The notes under the pieces are model-generated. The model had not been told where the DNA came from, made no database searches, and worked only from the letters and a program-made list of their open reading frames with translations. The position numbers and the translations under genes are program-made. 64,000 nucleotides of DNA from Eubacteriales bacterium (GTDB lineage Bacteria; Bacillota; Clostridia; Oscillospirales; CAG-272): the NCBI GenBank assembly GCA_045605765.1, contig JAZUQQ010000014.1, positions 4,076-68,075 of the forward strand, in the 5' to 3' direction. Numbering within the stretch: the stretch's first letter is position 1; each line of letters begins with the position of its first letter. Positions 38,765 to 46,635 of this stretch are shown piece by piece.

Positions 38765-40111
38765 GTGGACAGTTATTTATGGGCAATACTTTTGCTCCAA
38801 GTAGTGCTTATAGCATTAAATGCAGTCTTTGCGAGTGCCGAGACCGCAATTATCGGAATGAACGATAATCGTATAGCGAAGCTTGCTGAGGAGGGCGACA
38901 GACGTGCAAAGAAGCTTGCAAAGCTTACAGAAAAACCGTCAAATTTTTTAGCAACTATTCAGGTAGCCATAACCCTTGCGGGATTTTTGGGAAGTGCTTT
39001 TGCGGCAGATACCTTTTCTGATAAAATAGCAGCATGGCTTGTAAGTCTTGGTGTCGAGCTTGGTGTAGAGATTCTTGACAAAATAGCTTTGATATTTATA
39101 ACGCTCCTGCTATCATATTTGACTATTGTGCTCGGTGAGCTCGTTCCAAAGAGAATAGCTATGAAAAATCCTGAGAAACAGGCACTCAAAATGGCAGGAT
39201 TTATCTGCTTTATGGCAGGTACTTTCAAACCGTTCGTGTGGCTTCTTACGGTATCGACCAACGGAATTCTGCGCATTTTCGGTATTGACCCTAACGCGCA
39301 GGAAGAAGAAGTGAGCGAAGAAGATATTAAAATGATGGTTGACGTCGGTAGTGAAAACGGCACTATTGACGACGACGAGAAGGAATTCATACAAAACGTC
39401 TTTGAATTTGACGACCTGACCGCAGGCGAGATCGCAACTCACCGTACCGATATCGAGCTTCTCTGGCTCGAAGAAGATGTTGACACGTGGAGAAAGACGA
39501 TACGTTCAAGCCGACATACGAGATATCCGATATGCAGTGAAACCGTCGATAACGTAGTCGGCGTTCTCAGCGAGAGAGACTATTTCAGACTTGACACAAG
39601 CGATCGCGACGAAATAATGAAAAACGCCGTGAAACCTGCATATTTCGTGCCCGAAACTGTCAAAGCCGATGTTCTTTTCAGAAATATGAAGACCTCGCAC
39701 AACTCGTTTGCGGTCGTGCTTGACGAGTATGGCGGCGTGACTGGTATCGTTACGATGAACGACCTTATCGAGCGTCTTGTGGGAGATTTCAATGTCGAGG
39801 AAACCGAAAGCGAAGATAAGGAAGAGCTCTCTATCGAAAATATCGGTGAAAATCTTTGGAGCATAAGAGGAAATGTTACGCTCGACGAAATGGAAAAAGA
39901 GCTTGACGTTCAGCTTCCCACAGACGAATACGACACGTTCAGCGGTCTTGTTTTCGGAGCTCTCGGCTCGATACCTGACGACGGAAGCGAGTTCGAGATC
40001 GAGGTCGGCAGGCTTCTTGTGAAGATTTCAGAGGTCGCGGAGCATCAGATAAAGACCGCACTTGTAAGAGTTCTCGAAAAAACAGATGAGGAAGACGAAA
40101 CCGAAGAATAA
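38765..40111 (+). CDS. CNNM/TlyC-family protein (DUF21, tandem CBS, CorC_HlyC)
   Basis: GTG start 7 nt after GGAGGA. Four N-terminal TM segments, a CBS pair, and SFAVVLDEYGGVTGIVTMNDLIERLVGDF. Confidence 0.88.
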   Translation: MDSYLWAILLLQVVLIALNAVFASAETAIIGMNDNRIAKLAEEGDRRAKKLAKLTEKPSNFLATIQVAITLAGFLGSAFAADTFSDKIAAWLVSLGVELGVEILDKIALIFITLLLSYLTIVLGELVPKRIAMKNPEKQALKMAGFICFMAGTFKPFVWLLTVSTNGILRIFGIDPNAQEEEVSEEDIKMMVDVGSENGTIDDDEKEFIQNVFEFDDLTAGEIATHRTDIELLWLEEDVDTWRKTIRSSRHTRYPICSETVDNVVGVLSERDYFRLDTSDRDEIMKNAVKPAYFVPETVKADVLFRNMKTSHNSFAVVLDEYGGVTGIVTMNDLIERLVGDFNVEETESEDKEELSIENIGENLWSIRGNVTLDEMEKELDVQLPTDEYDTFSGLVFGALGSIPDDGSEFEIEVGRLLVKISEVAEHQIKTALVRVLEKTDEEDETEE

Positions 40112-40178
40112 AAAGAGCCATCGCCCAACTTCTTTATGACAAGTAAAGATAAATTCATTTATATGTGAGGAATATATT

Positions 40179-40475
40179 ATGAAGAAATGGGTTGTTGAGG
40201 ATTGGCAATTTGAATTAACTGCTGTTGACGGGAAAGCAGAAAATTGCAGACTTGGCATAGAAAAAGGTGATAAATTTACCTTTTCTTATGAATGTCCTGA
40301 TGGAATGTGTCCGCGAGTAATGGCAGAAGTGTTCACTTGGTGTGAGGTCGTTCGTTGCGGTGGGAATTTTACACATAGAGGAGTAAAAGAAAAGAATGAA
40401 ATGGATCTGCCCTGTCCTTGCAGAAGCATTAATTTTCACCTTAAAGCAACACCGATAAACAGAGACGAAGAATGA
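40179..40475 (+). CDS. TIGR04076-like small Cys-rich protein
   Basis: 98 aa reading CRLGIEKGDKFTF...CPDGMCPRVM...CGG...CPC. Family recalled from memory and not searched. Confidence 0.55.
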   Translation: MKKWVVEDWQFELTAVDGKAENCRLGIEKGDKFTFSYECPDGMCPRVMAEVFTWCEVVRCGGNFTHRGVKEKNEMDLPCPCRSINFHLKATPINRDEE

Positions 40476-40528
40476 AAGCCGTTGACAAATAAACCGCGCC
40501 CAAAAACTTAAACAAATTACATATAACT

Positions 40529-40566
40529 AAACCCCGACAGATTTTTAAAAATCTGGTCGGGGTTTT
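40529..40566. terminator. Bidirectional rho-independent terminator
   Basis: AAACCCCGACAGATTTTTAAAAATCTGGTCGGGGTTTT. Confidence 0.8.
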
Positions 40567-40615
40567 ATCATCCTTATGAGAAAGAGCGGATTATCGGCTC
40601 TTTTTTAATGCTGAC

Positions 40616-41467
40616 TCAGAGTGTTCCCGTAACCGTAAGAACGGTTACACCGGGAGTTATCTCCCACATTCCCGTAGCGGGATCTTGCGTGTAAGTCGCG
40701 GCAGGAACGGTTATTACGCCTTCGACTGTGCGAAAGAGACCGCTGCTTTCGTTGTAGGTGTACTCTTCGGGGGAGGAGAGCACCTGACCGTTAAGGGTCA
40801 CCTCGATATCCGACAGTATCGGGTCAAAAAGATCGGTGACGACTGCATTTGCTTCTTCGGTCGCAGGAGCATTTCCCGAATTCTCGATGATAAAAGTGTA
40901 GGTGAGTTCTCCGTTTTCGGCGACAGTTGATGGGGATATTGCCTTGCTAATCGTAAGCAGAGGCTCGGACGATGCGCTCACCGTTTCCTGAGCACTTATC
41001 GGAGTCATGATGCCAGGTCCGCTTACCGTTACCGTGTTAGTCACTGCGCCATCCGGCGTCGGTGGAGCAAATGAGTTTACCGACGCGCGGTAAATTATCA
41101 TAGCGTTTTCGCCTGCGGGAACATCTATACCGCTGACTGTGAGCGGAGGACCCGCCTCTACGGTCGGTGCGCCTTGGAGAACGCCGTCCAGATAAAAGAG
41201 GATATCGCCCGCATAGGTCAGCGGCACTACGGTCTCGCCTTCAAACTCATACGCACCGAGATCGTCGGTAACCGTAAGGTTGTTATAAGGGGTATTTCCT
41301 GCGTTGACTATGCTTACGACATAGGTTATGACTTCGTTTGCACCGTAAGTGTCGCTGAGTGCCGTCTTAGTGGCGGACAAAACTTGTACGACCTCTCCCG
41401 TCACTATATTTGAGCTTGTCACAACATCGTTGTATGACAAGGTTGCTTGATTTGTGAATACTGCCAT
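40616..41467 (-). CDS. DUF11 (conserved repeat domain) protein with two repeats and no signal peptide
   Basis: Two DUF11-like units are present: TKTALSDTYGANEVITYVVSIVNAGNTPYNNLTVTDDLG and ISKAISPSTVAENGELTYTFIIENSGNAPA...VVTD. The N-terminus MAVFTNQATLSYN is not hydrophobic. Confidence 0.7.
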   Translation of the reverse strand: MAVFTNQATLSYNDVVTSSNIVTGEVVQVLSATKTALSDTYGANEVITYVVSIVNAGNTPYNNLTVTDDLGAYEFEGETVVPLTYAGDILFYLDGVLQGAPTVEAGPPLTVSGIDVPAGENAMIIYRASVNSFAPPTPDGAVTNTVTVSGPGIMTPISAQETVSASSEPLLTISKAISPSTVAENGELTYTFIIENSGNAPATEEANAVVTDLFDPILSDIEVTLNGQVLSSPEEYTYNESSGLFRTVEGVITVPAATYTQDPATGMWEITPGVTVLTVTGTL

Positions 41468-41544
41468 TATCTTTACTTCCTTTCCGCGGAGATTTTCTCC
41501 GCTGTTTTTATAATATGAGAGAAAGGGTGGATTTGTGATAGGAC

Positions 41545-41573
41545 AAAAAATTCCCGACAGTCTGTCGGGAATT
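41545..41573 (-). terminator. Rho-independent terminator of the rSAM-ABC operon
   Basis: Minus strand AATTCCCGACAGACTGTCGGGAATTTTTT. Confidence 0.8.
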
Positions 41574-41574
41574 A

Positions 41575-41625
41575 CTTTAAGTAAGGTTTTTGGGAAAGTT
41601 TGAAAACCTTTTTTAAAAGGCTTTC
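41575..41625 (+). repeat. Intergenic repeat family, copy e (antisense to the flanking genes, in the operon 3' UTR)
   Basis: CTTTAAGTAAGGTTTTTGGGAAAGTTTGAAAACCTTTTTTAAAAGGCTTTC. Confidence 0.6.
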
Positions 41626-41633
41626 AAGAAAAA

Positions 41634-43358
41634 TCATTCGACCGCGTTGGCTCTGAATTGAAGCCTGTAAAGCTCTGCGTACTGACCGCCCTTTGCGACA
41701 AGAGTATCGTGAGTTCCTTGCTCGACTATTTTGCCGCCGCCAACAACCGCGATCTCGTCGGCGTTTTTGATAGTCGAAAGGCGGTGTGCGACTACAAGTG
41801 TCGTTCTGCCCTTGCAAAGCTCGTCGTGTGCTTCTTGAATGAGTATCTCGGGCGTATTGTCAAGCGCGCTCGTCGCCTCATCAAGAATAAGTATCGGCGG
41901 ATTTTTGAGAAACACTCGCGCTATTGACAGACGTTGCTTCTGACCGCCAGAAAGACGGACTCCGCGCTCGCCGATCTGTGTGTCGTAGCCGTTTTCAAGT
42001 GTCATTATGTAGTCATGAATGTTTGCGCGTTTGGCTGCCTCCATCACCTCTTCGTCGGTCGCGTCAAGACGTCCGTAAAGGATGTTTTCCTTTATTGATG
42101 CGTTGAAAAGATAGATGTCCTGCTGAACGATACCGATATTCTTTCGTATCGACTCGGCTGTGAGACCGTTTATATTTTTGCCGTCAATGAGTATTTCTCC
42201 TGACTCTATACCGTAAAAACGGGGGATGAGATGGCAGATAGTCGTTTTTCCGCCGCCCGAAGGTCCGACGAGCGCAAACTTTTTGCCTTTTTCAATGATA
42301 AGATCTACGCCTCTGAGGACTTCTTTTGTTCCGTCATAAGAGCAAACGACCTGTTTTAATTCTATTTTGCCGTCAACCTCGCCGATATCAAGTGCTTCGT
42401 CAAGGTCTTTTTCGGGCTCTGCATCCATTATTTCAACAAAACGCTCAAATCCCGTGATACCGCTTTGATACTGCTCCATAAAGTTTATAAGAGTCATAAC
42501 GGGCGAGATAAAGAGATTTATCGAGACTACGAATGCCGAATAATCGGCGAAATTTATAATGTCGTTATATAGGAAAAGACCGCCTGCTATCAGGACTATT
42601 ACGTTGAATACGTCGGTAATGAAGGAATTTATCGAGTGAAAGCGACCCATAGCATCATATGCTTTGCGACGTGCGGATACGAAAGCTATATTTCCTTCTT
42701 CAAATTTTTCTTCTTCCTTTTCCGCGTTTGTAAAGGCTTTAGTGACGCGTATGCCCGAAATACTGCTTTCAAGCGAGGCGTTTATCTGAGCCGTCGAAAC
42801 GCGGCTTTCCATAAACGCGCTCCTCATTCTTCTGCGAAGCACGAGAGCAACTATGAAAAGAAAGGGAACACACGAGAAAACGATGAGTGTCAGCCAAGGG
42901 TCGATGGTACAAAGATAAACGAAAGAGGTCACTACCGAAATACTTGAAATTATGAGATTTTCAGGTCCGTGATGAGCGAGCTCGCTTATATCCATAAGAT
43001 CGCTCGTCATACGCGACATTATTTTACCCGTCTCGTTGTTGTCATAAAAAGAATATGGCAGTTTTTCGAGATGGCGGAACATATCCGAGCGCATTTGCGC
43101 CTGCATACGTACACCCATGACGTGACCGTAATATTGAATAAAATAGTTCAGAAGCATTCGTATTATGTAAATCGAAAGCAGAAGTATTCCTGCAAGGACT
43201 ATCATGCGATAGTTTTTGTTCGGGATAAGATCATTTAGCATTTTCCTCGTAACTATCGGGTAGATAATACCGATAAGCGCGACTGCGAGAGAGGCGAGCA
43301 TATCGAGAGAAAATATCAGTTTGTGCGGTTTGTAGTATGAAATAAATCTTTTGAGCAT
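41634..43358 (-). CDS. ABC exporter, fused permease and ATPase (MsbA/type I exporter-like)
   Basis: 574 aa with six predicted TM segments. Walker A GPSGGGKTT, signature LSGGQKQR, Walker B ILILDEATSALD. Confidence 0.9.
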   Translation of the reverse strand: MLKRFISYYKPHKLIFSLDMLASLAVALIGIIYPIVTRKMLNDLIPNKNYRMIVLAGILLLSIYIIRMLLNYFIQYYGHVMGVRMQAQMRSDMFRHLEKLPYSFYDNNETGKIMSRMTSDLMDISELAHHGPENLIISSISVVTSFVYLCTIDPWLTLIVFSCVPFLFIVALVLRRRMRSAFMESRVSTAQINASLESSISGIRVTKAFTNAEKEEEKFEEGNIAFVSARRKAYDAMGRFHSINSFITDVFNVIVLIAGGLFLYNDIINFADYSAFVVSINLFISPVMTLINFMEQYQSGITGFERFVEIMDAEPEKDLDEALDIGEVDGKIELKQVVCSYDGTKEVLRGVDLIIEKGKKFALVGPSGGGKTTICHLIPRFYGIESGEILIDGKNINGLTAESIRKNIGIVQQDIYLFNASIKENILYGRLDATDEEVMEAAKRANIHDYIMTLENGYDTQIGERGVRLSGGQKQRLSIARVFLKNPPILILDEATSALDNTPEILIQEAHDELCKGRTTLVVAHRLSTIKNADEIAVVGGGKIVEQGTHDTLVAKGGQYAELYRLQFRANAVE

Positions 43359-43369
43359 TTTGTTTTCCT

Positions 43370-44203
43370 TTACAACTTAAATCGTCGGGCAAAGGAGCAT
43401 TTTTGGCAAAGCTCCTCAACGGCTTTTTTGTTTTGAAATCCTTTTTTTATTTTTACTGCGCGATCTGAGGATAAAATATCTTCGATGTTCTCGGTATAGA
43501 TATTACCGAGCGTTATCTGTCCGTCGCTGTCGAGACAACAAGGAATCACACTTCCGTCGGACAGTATTGCGAAATGGTCGCCGAGTCCGTGACAGAAGAC
43601 CTCAACCCCCATATTGTCTGCGCCGATGTCTGGCCAGATAAAACGTTCGCCGTATTCGAGATGAAGCTTGTCGCGTATCCGCGCGCCTCGTGATCCGAGA
43701 TGCCACTTTTCGGGGAATTTTTCGTGAAGAAGCGAGAGTGTTTCCTCGTTTTTGGTATCCTCGACCCCGCCGTTCCACAGTCGAAGAACGGTCAGAACTC
43801 CGTTTTTGGAGGCAATATCCGAGAAATCAAGGCACTTTTGCACGTATCCGATGTGTTCCTCGTCCTCGCCGAATTCGAAACTGTGAAGCGAAATATTGAC
43901 CTTGTAAACGCCTGCGTCGATAAGCTCCTTCCCCCGTTTGTCAAGCAGAGAGCCGTTTGTGGTTATTGCGACCTTAAAGCCTTTCTGCGTGGCGTGTCTT
44001 ACAAAGTCACAGAGAAGTGTGTGCGTGAGCGGTTCACCCATAACGTGAAGGTAAAGATACTGGGTCACTCCCGAAAGCCTTTCGCAAACGAGCTTGAACT
44101 CGTCCATAGTCATAAGCCTATGCGGTCTTTTCGTTCCGTGGCAGAAAGAGCAGCTTTTGTTGCAGATGTTGGTTATTTCAACGTAAACTCTTGAATATGA
44201 CAT
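43370..44203 (-). CDS. Radical SAM enzyme with a C-terminal SPASM/twitch-like Cys-rich domain
   Basis: CNKSCSFC (CX3CX2C) at residues 14-21. C-terminal FCHGLG...VIPCCLDSDGQITLGNIY...CQKCSF. No N-terminal RRE-like extension. Confidence 0.85.
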   Translation of the reverse strand: MSYSRVYVEITNICNKSCSFCHGTKRPHRLMTMDEFKLVCERLSGVTQYLYLHVMGEPLTHTLLCDFVRHATQKGFKVAITTNGSLLDKRGKELIDAGVYKVNISLHSFEFGEDEEHIGYVQKCLDFSDIASKNGVLTVLRLWNGGVEDTKNEETLSLLHEKFPEKWHLGSRGARIRDKLHLEYGERFIWPDIGADNMGVEVFCHGLGDHFAILSDGSVIPCCLDSDGQITLGNIYTENIEDILSSDRAVKIKKGFQNKKAVEELCQKCSFARRFKL

Positions 44204-44206
44204 ACT

Positions 44207-44539
44207 TTACTTTCTATAATAAGTGTAATAAGCAATTATCGTTCTTTCTTTTCCGCCGTGCTCGTAATCGGGCGCCGTCAGTATGACCCCTTCGAGCGAC
44301 AAAAGCTCGGAAGCGTTCAGCTCCTCAATCTTCGCACGCATTACAATATCGCCGGACGAAAAAACGAGAAGCTCACCATCCCGCAGGGTCAGACTGCCCG
44401 CTTTTCCGATCACGTTCTCGACACCGTCAATGCGCTCCGAGCAGTATTTGATGGCGCGTCCGTTTAAAAACTCTGCCATTTTGACTCGATATGCACGACT
44501 GTTTGTATTCTTCGGTATCTTTTTCTTGAAAATAGACAT
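44207..44539 (-). CDS. Hypothetical 110-aa soluble protein with a Tyr-rich C-terminus (AYYTYYRK)
   Basis: The stop lies 3 nt before the rSAM start, and the gene is first in the operon. No family recognised by eye. Confidence 0.6.
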   Translation of the reverse strand: MSIFKKKIPKNTNSRAYRVKMAEFLNGRAIKYCSERIDGVENVIGKAGSLTLRDGELLVFSSGDIVMRAKIEELNASELLSLEGVILTAPDYEHGGKERTIIAYYTYYRK

Positions 44540-44548
44540 TTTTATTTT

Positions 44549-44603
44549 GGAAACCCTTTTTCCAAAAGGATTTCCAATCCTTCCAAAAAACTTTAATTAA
44601 AAG
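44549..44603 (-). repeat. Intergenic repeat family, copy d (sense, forms most of the operon 5' UTR)
   Basis: Minus strand CTTTTAATTAAAGTTTTTTGGAAGGATTGGAAATCCTTTTGGAAAAAGGGTTTCC. It aligns closely with copy c. Confidence 0.65.
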
Positions 44604-44618
44604 ATTATTACACAACTT

Positions 44619-44647
44619 ATTATACAGTCTTTTTATCCGTATTTCAA
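44619..44647 (-). promoter_or_regulatory. Sigma-A type promoter of the small-protein/rSAM/ABC operon
   Basis: Minus strand TTGAAA (44642-44647), 17-nt spacer, TATAAT (44619-44624). Confidence 0.65.
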
Positions 44648-44774
44648 GAGAGCGAGACAATAAAATAAAAAAGTGGCAAAAAATTTATAAAAACTATTTT
44701 AATTTTAAAGTAAATGTGTTATAATAACTTGTTTGAATAAAATTAAGGAAATTTTAAAGTAAGAGGTAACAGAT

Positions 44775-46613
44775 TTGGTACGAAACGATTTAAGAAACAT
44801 AGCAATAATAGCGCACGTTGACCACGGCAAGACAACTCTTGTTGACGAGATGCTCAAACAGGGCGGTATCTACCGTGATAATCAGTCAACTACTGAGAGA
44901 GTTATGGACTCAAACGATCTCGAAAGAGAGCGCGGAATCACCATTCTTGCAAAAAACACGGCAGTTCACTATAAGGACGCAAAGATCAACATAATAGACA
45001 CTCCCGGACACGCCGATTTCGGCGGTGAGGTCGAGAGAATTCTTAAAATGGTAAACGGAGTTCTTCTTCTCGTAGATGCCGCAGAGGGCCCCATGCCTCA
45101 GACTCGATTTGTACTTCAAAGAGCACTCGAACTCAACCACAGAGTTATCGTAGTCGTGAACAAGATCGACAAGCCGGACGCACGTATTCACGAGGTTGTT
45201 GACGAGGTACTCGAGCTTCTTATCGATCTTGAAGCGACCGAGGAACAGCTCGACTCCCCGATGCTCTTCTGCTCAGGAAGAGCGGGAACGGCATCGTTTT
45301 CACCCGAAAAGCAGGGTACAGACCTTGTTCCGCTTTTCGATACGATACTTGAATACATTCAGGCTCCCGAAGGCGACGAAAATGACGGACTTCAACTACT
45401 TGTTTCCTCTATAGACTACAACGAATACGTAGGAAGAATAGGTGTCGGACGTATTGAAAGAGGAATTATAAACGTGGGTGACGAGGTTGCTATTTGCAAC
45501 TATCATAAAGAGGGAAATCCTGTGAAAACGAGAGTAGTATCTCTTCAACAGTTTGACGGACTTGGAAAAGTATCGGTAAATAAGGCTTATCCGGGTGATA
45601 TAGTCTGTTTCTCAGGAGCAGAAGACCTTACGATAGGAGACACAATCTGCTCAACACTCGACCCCACTCCACTACCCTTTGTAAAGATAAGCGAGCCTAC
45701 GCTCGAAATGACAATTTCGGTAAACGACAGCCCATTTGCAGGCAGAGAGGGCAAATTTGTCACCTCACGTCAGATAAGAAAACGTCTTTACGACGAGCTT
45801 CTCAAGGACGTTTCTCTCCGAGTTACCGACGGTGAAACTACCGACAGCTTTAAGGTGTCGGGAAGAGGCGAGATGCACCTTTCGATACTTATTGAAAATA
45901 TGCGCCGCGAGGGATTCGAGGTTGCGGTATCAGCTCCGAGGGTTATCTTCAAGGAAATAGACGGCGTGAAGTGCGAGCCTATGGAGAGAGTTTATATTGA
46001 CGTAGGAAGCGAATTTGCGGGTGCGGTTATGGAAAAGCTGGGCGCACGCAAGGGCGAATTCGTCGATATGTCGGTAAACTCGAACGGAACGCGTACCAAG
46101 CTTGAATATGTTATTCCTACACGTTGCCTGTTTGGTTACAGAAGCAAATTCATGACCGACACCAGAGGAGAGGGAATACTCAATACGGTTTTTGACGGAT
46201 ATCAGCCCTACAAGGGAGAAATCACCGCAAGATTTACAGGCTCGCTCGTAGCCTCCGAAAACGGAGTTACCACCTCCTACGGTCTTTACAACACTCAGGA
46301 TAGAGGACAGCTCTTTATAGGAGTTCAGACTCCCGTTTACGAGGGAATGGTCATCGGAGAAAATCCGAAGCTTGGAGATATTACGATAAATCCCTGCAAG
46401 GAAAAGCATCTCACCGCAGTGCGCTCGAAGGGAGCGGACGAAAAGCTTATTCTTACGCCTCCGAGAATTATGAGCCTTGAAGAAGCTATCGAGTTTATAA
46501 ACGCCGATGAGCTTATCGAGGTTACTCCGAGTACGATAAGAATAAGAAAACAGATACTCAATACTGCAAACAGACTTAAAGCTCAGGCGAAGATCAAAAA
46601 TTCGTCAAACTGA
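44775..46613 (+). CDS. typA: Translational GTPase TypA/BipA
   Basis: TTG start. [24 protein letters not shown] and NKID. 612 aa. Confidence 0.95.
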   Translation: MVRNDLRNIAIIAHVDHGKTTLVDEMLKQGGIYRDNQSTTERVMDSNDLERERGITILAKNTAVHYKDAKINIIDTPGHADFGGEVERILKMVNGVLLLVDAAEGPMPQTRFVLQRALELNHRVIVVVNKIDKPDARIHEVVDEVLELLIDLEATEEQLDSPMLFCSGRAGTASFSPEKQGTDLVPLFDTILEYIQAPEGDENDGLQLLVSSIDYNEYVGRIGVGRIERGIINVGDEVAICNYHKEGNPVKTRVVSLQQFDGLGKVSVNKAYPGDIVCFSGAEDLTIGDTICSTLDPTPLPFVKISEPTLEMTISVNDSPFAGREGKFVTSRQIRKRLYDELLKDVSLRVTDGETTDSFKVSGRGEMHLSILIENMRREGFEVAVSAPRVIFKEIDGVKCEPMERVYIDVGSEFAGAVMEKLGARKGEFVDMSVNSNGTRTKLEYVIPTRCLFGYRSKFMTDTRGEGILNTVFDGYQPYKGEITARFTGSLVASENGVTTSYGLYNTQDRGQLFIGVQTPVYEGMVIGENPKLGDITINPCKEKHLTAVRSKGADEKLILTPPRIMSLEEAIEFINADELIEVTPSTIRIRKQILNTANRLKAQAKIKNSSN

Positions 46614-46635
46614 CGTCTAAACGTTAGGAGAAGAA

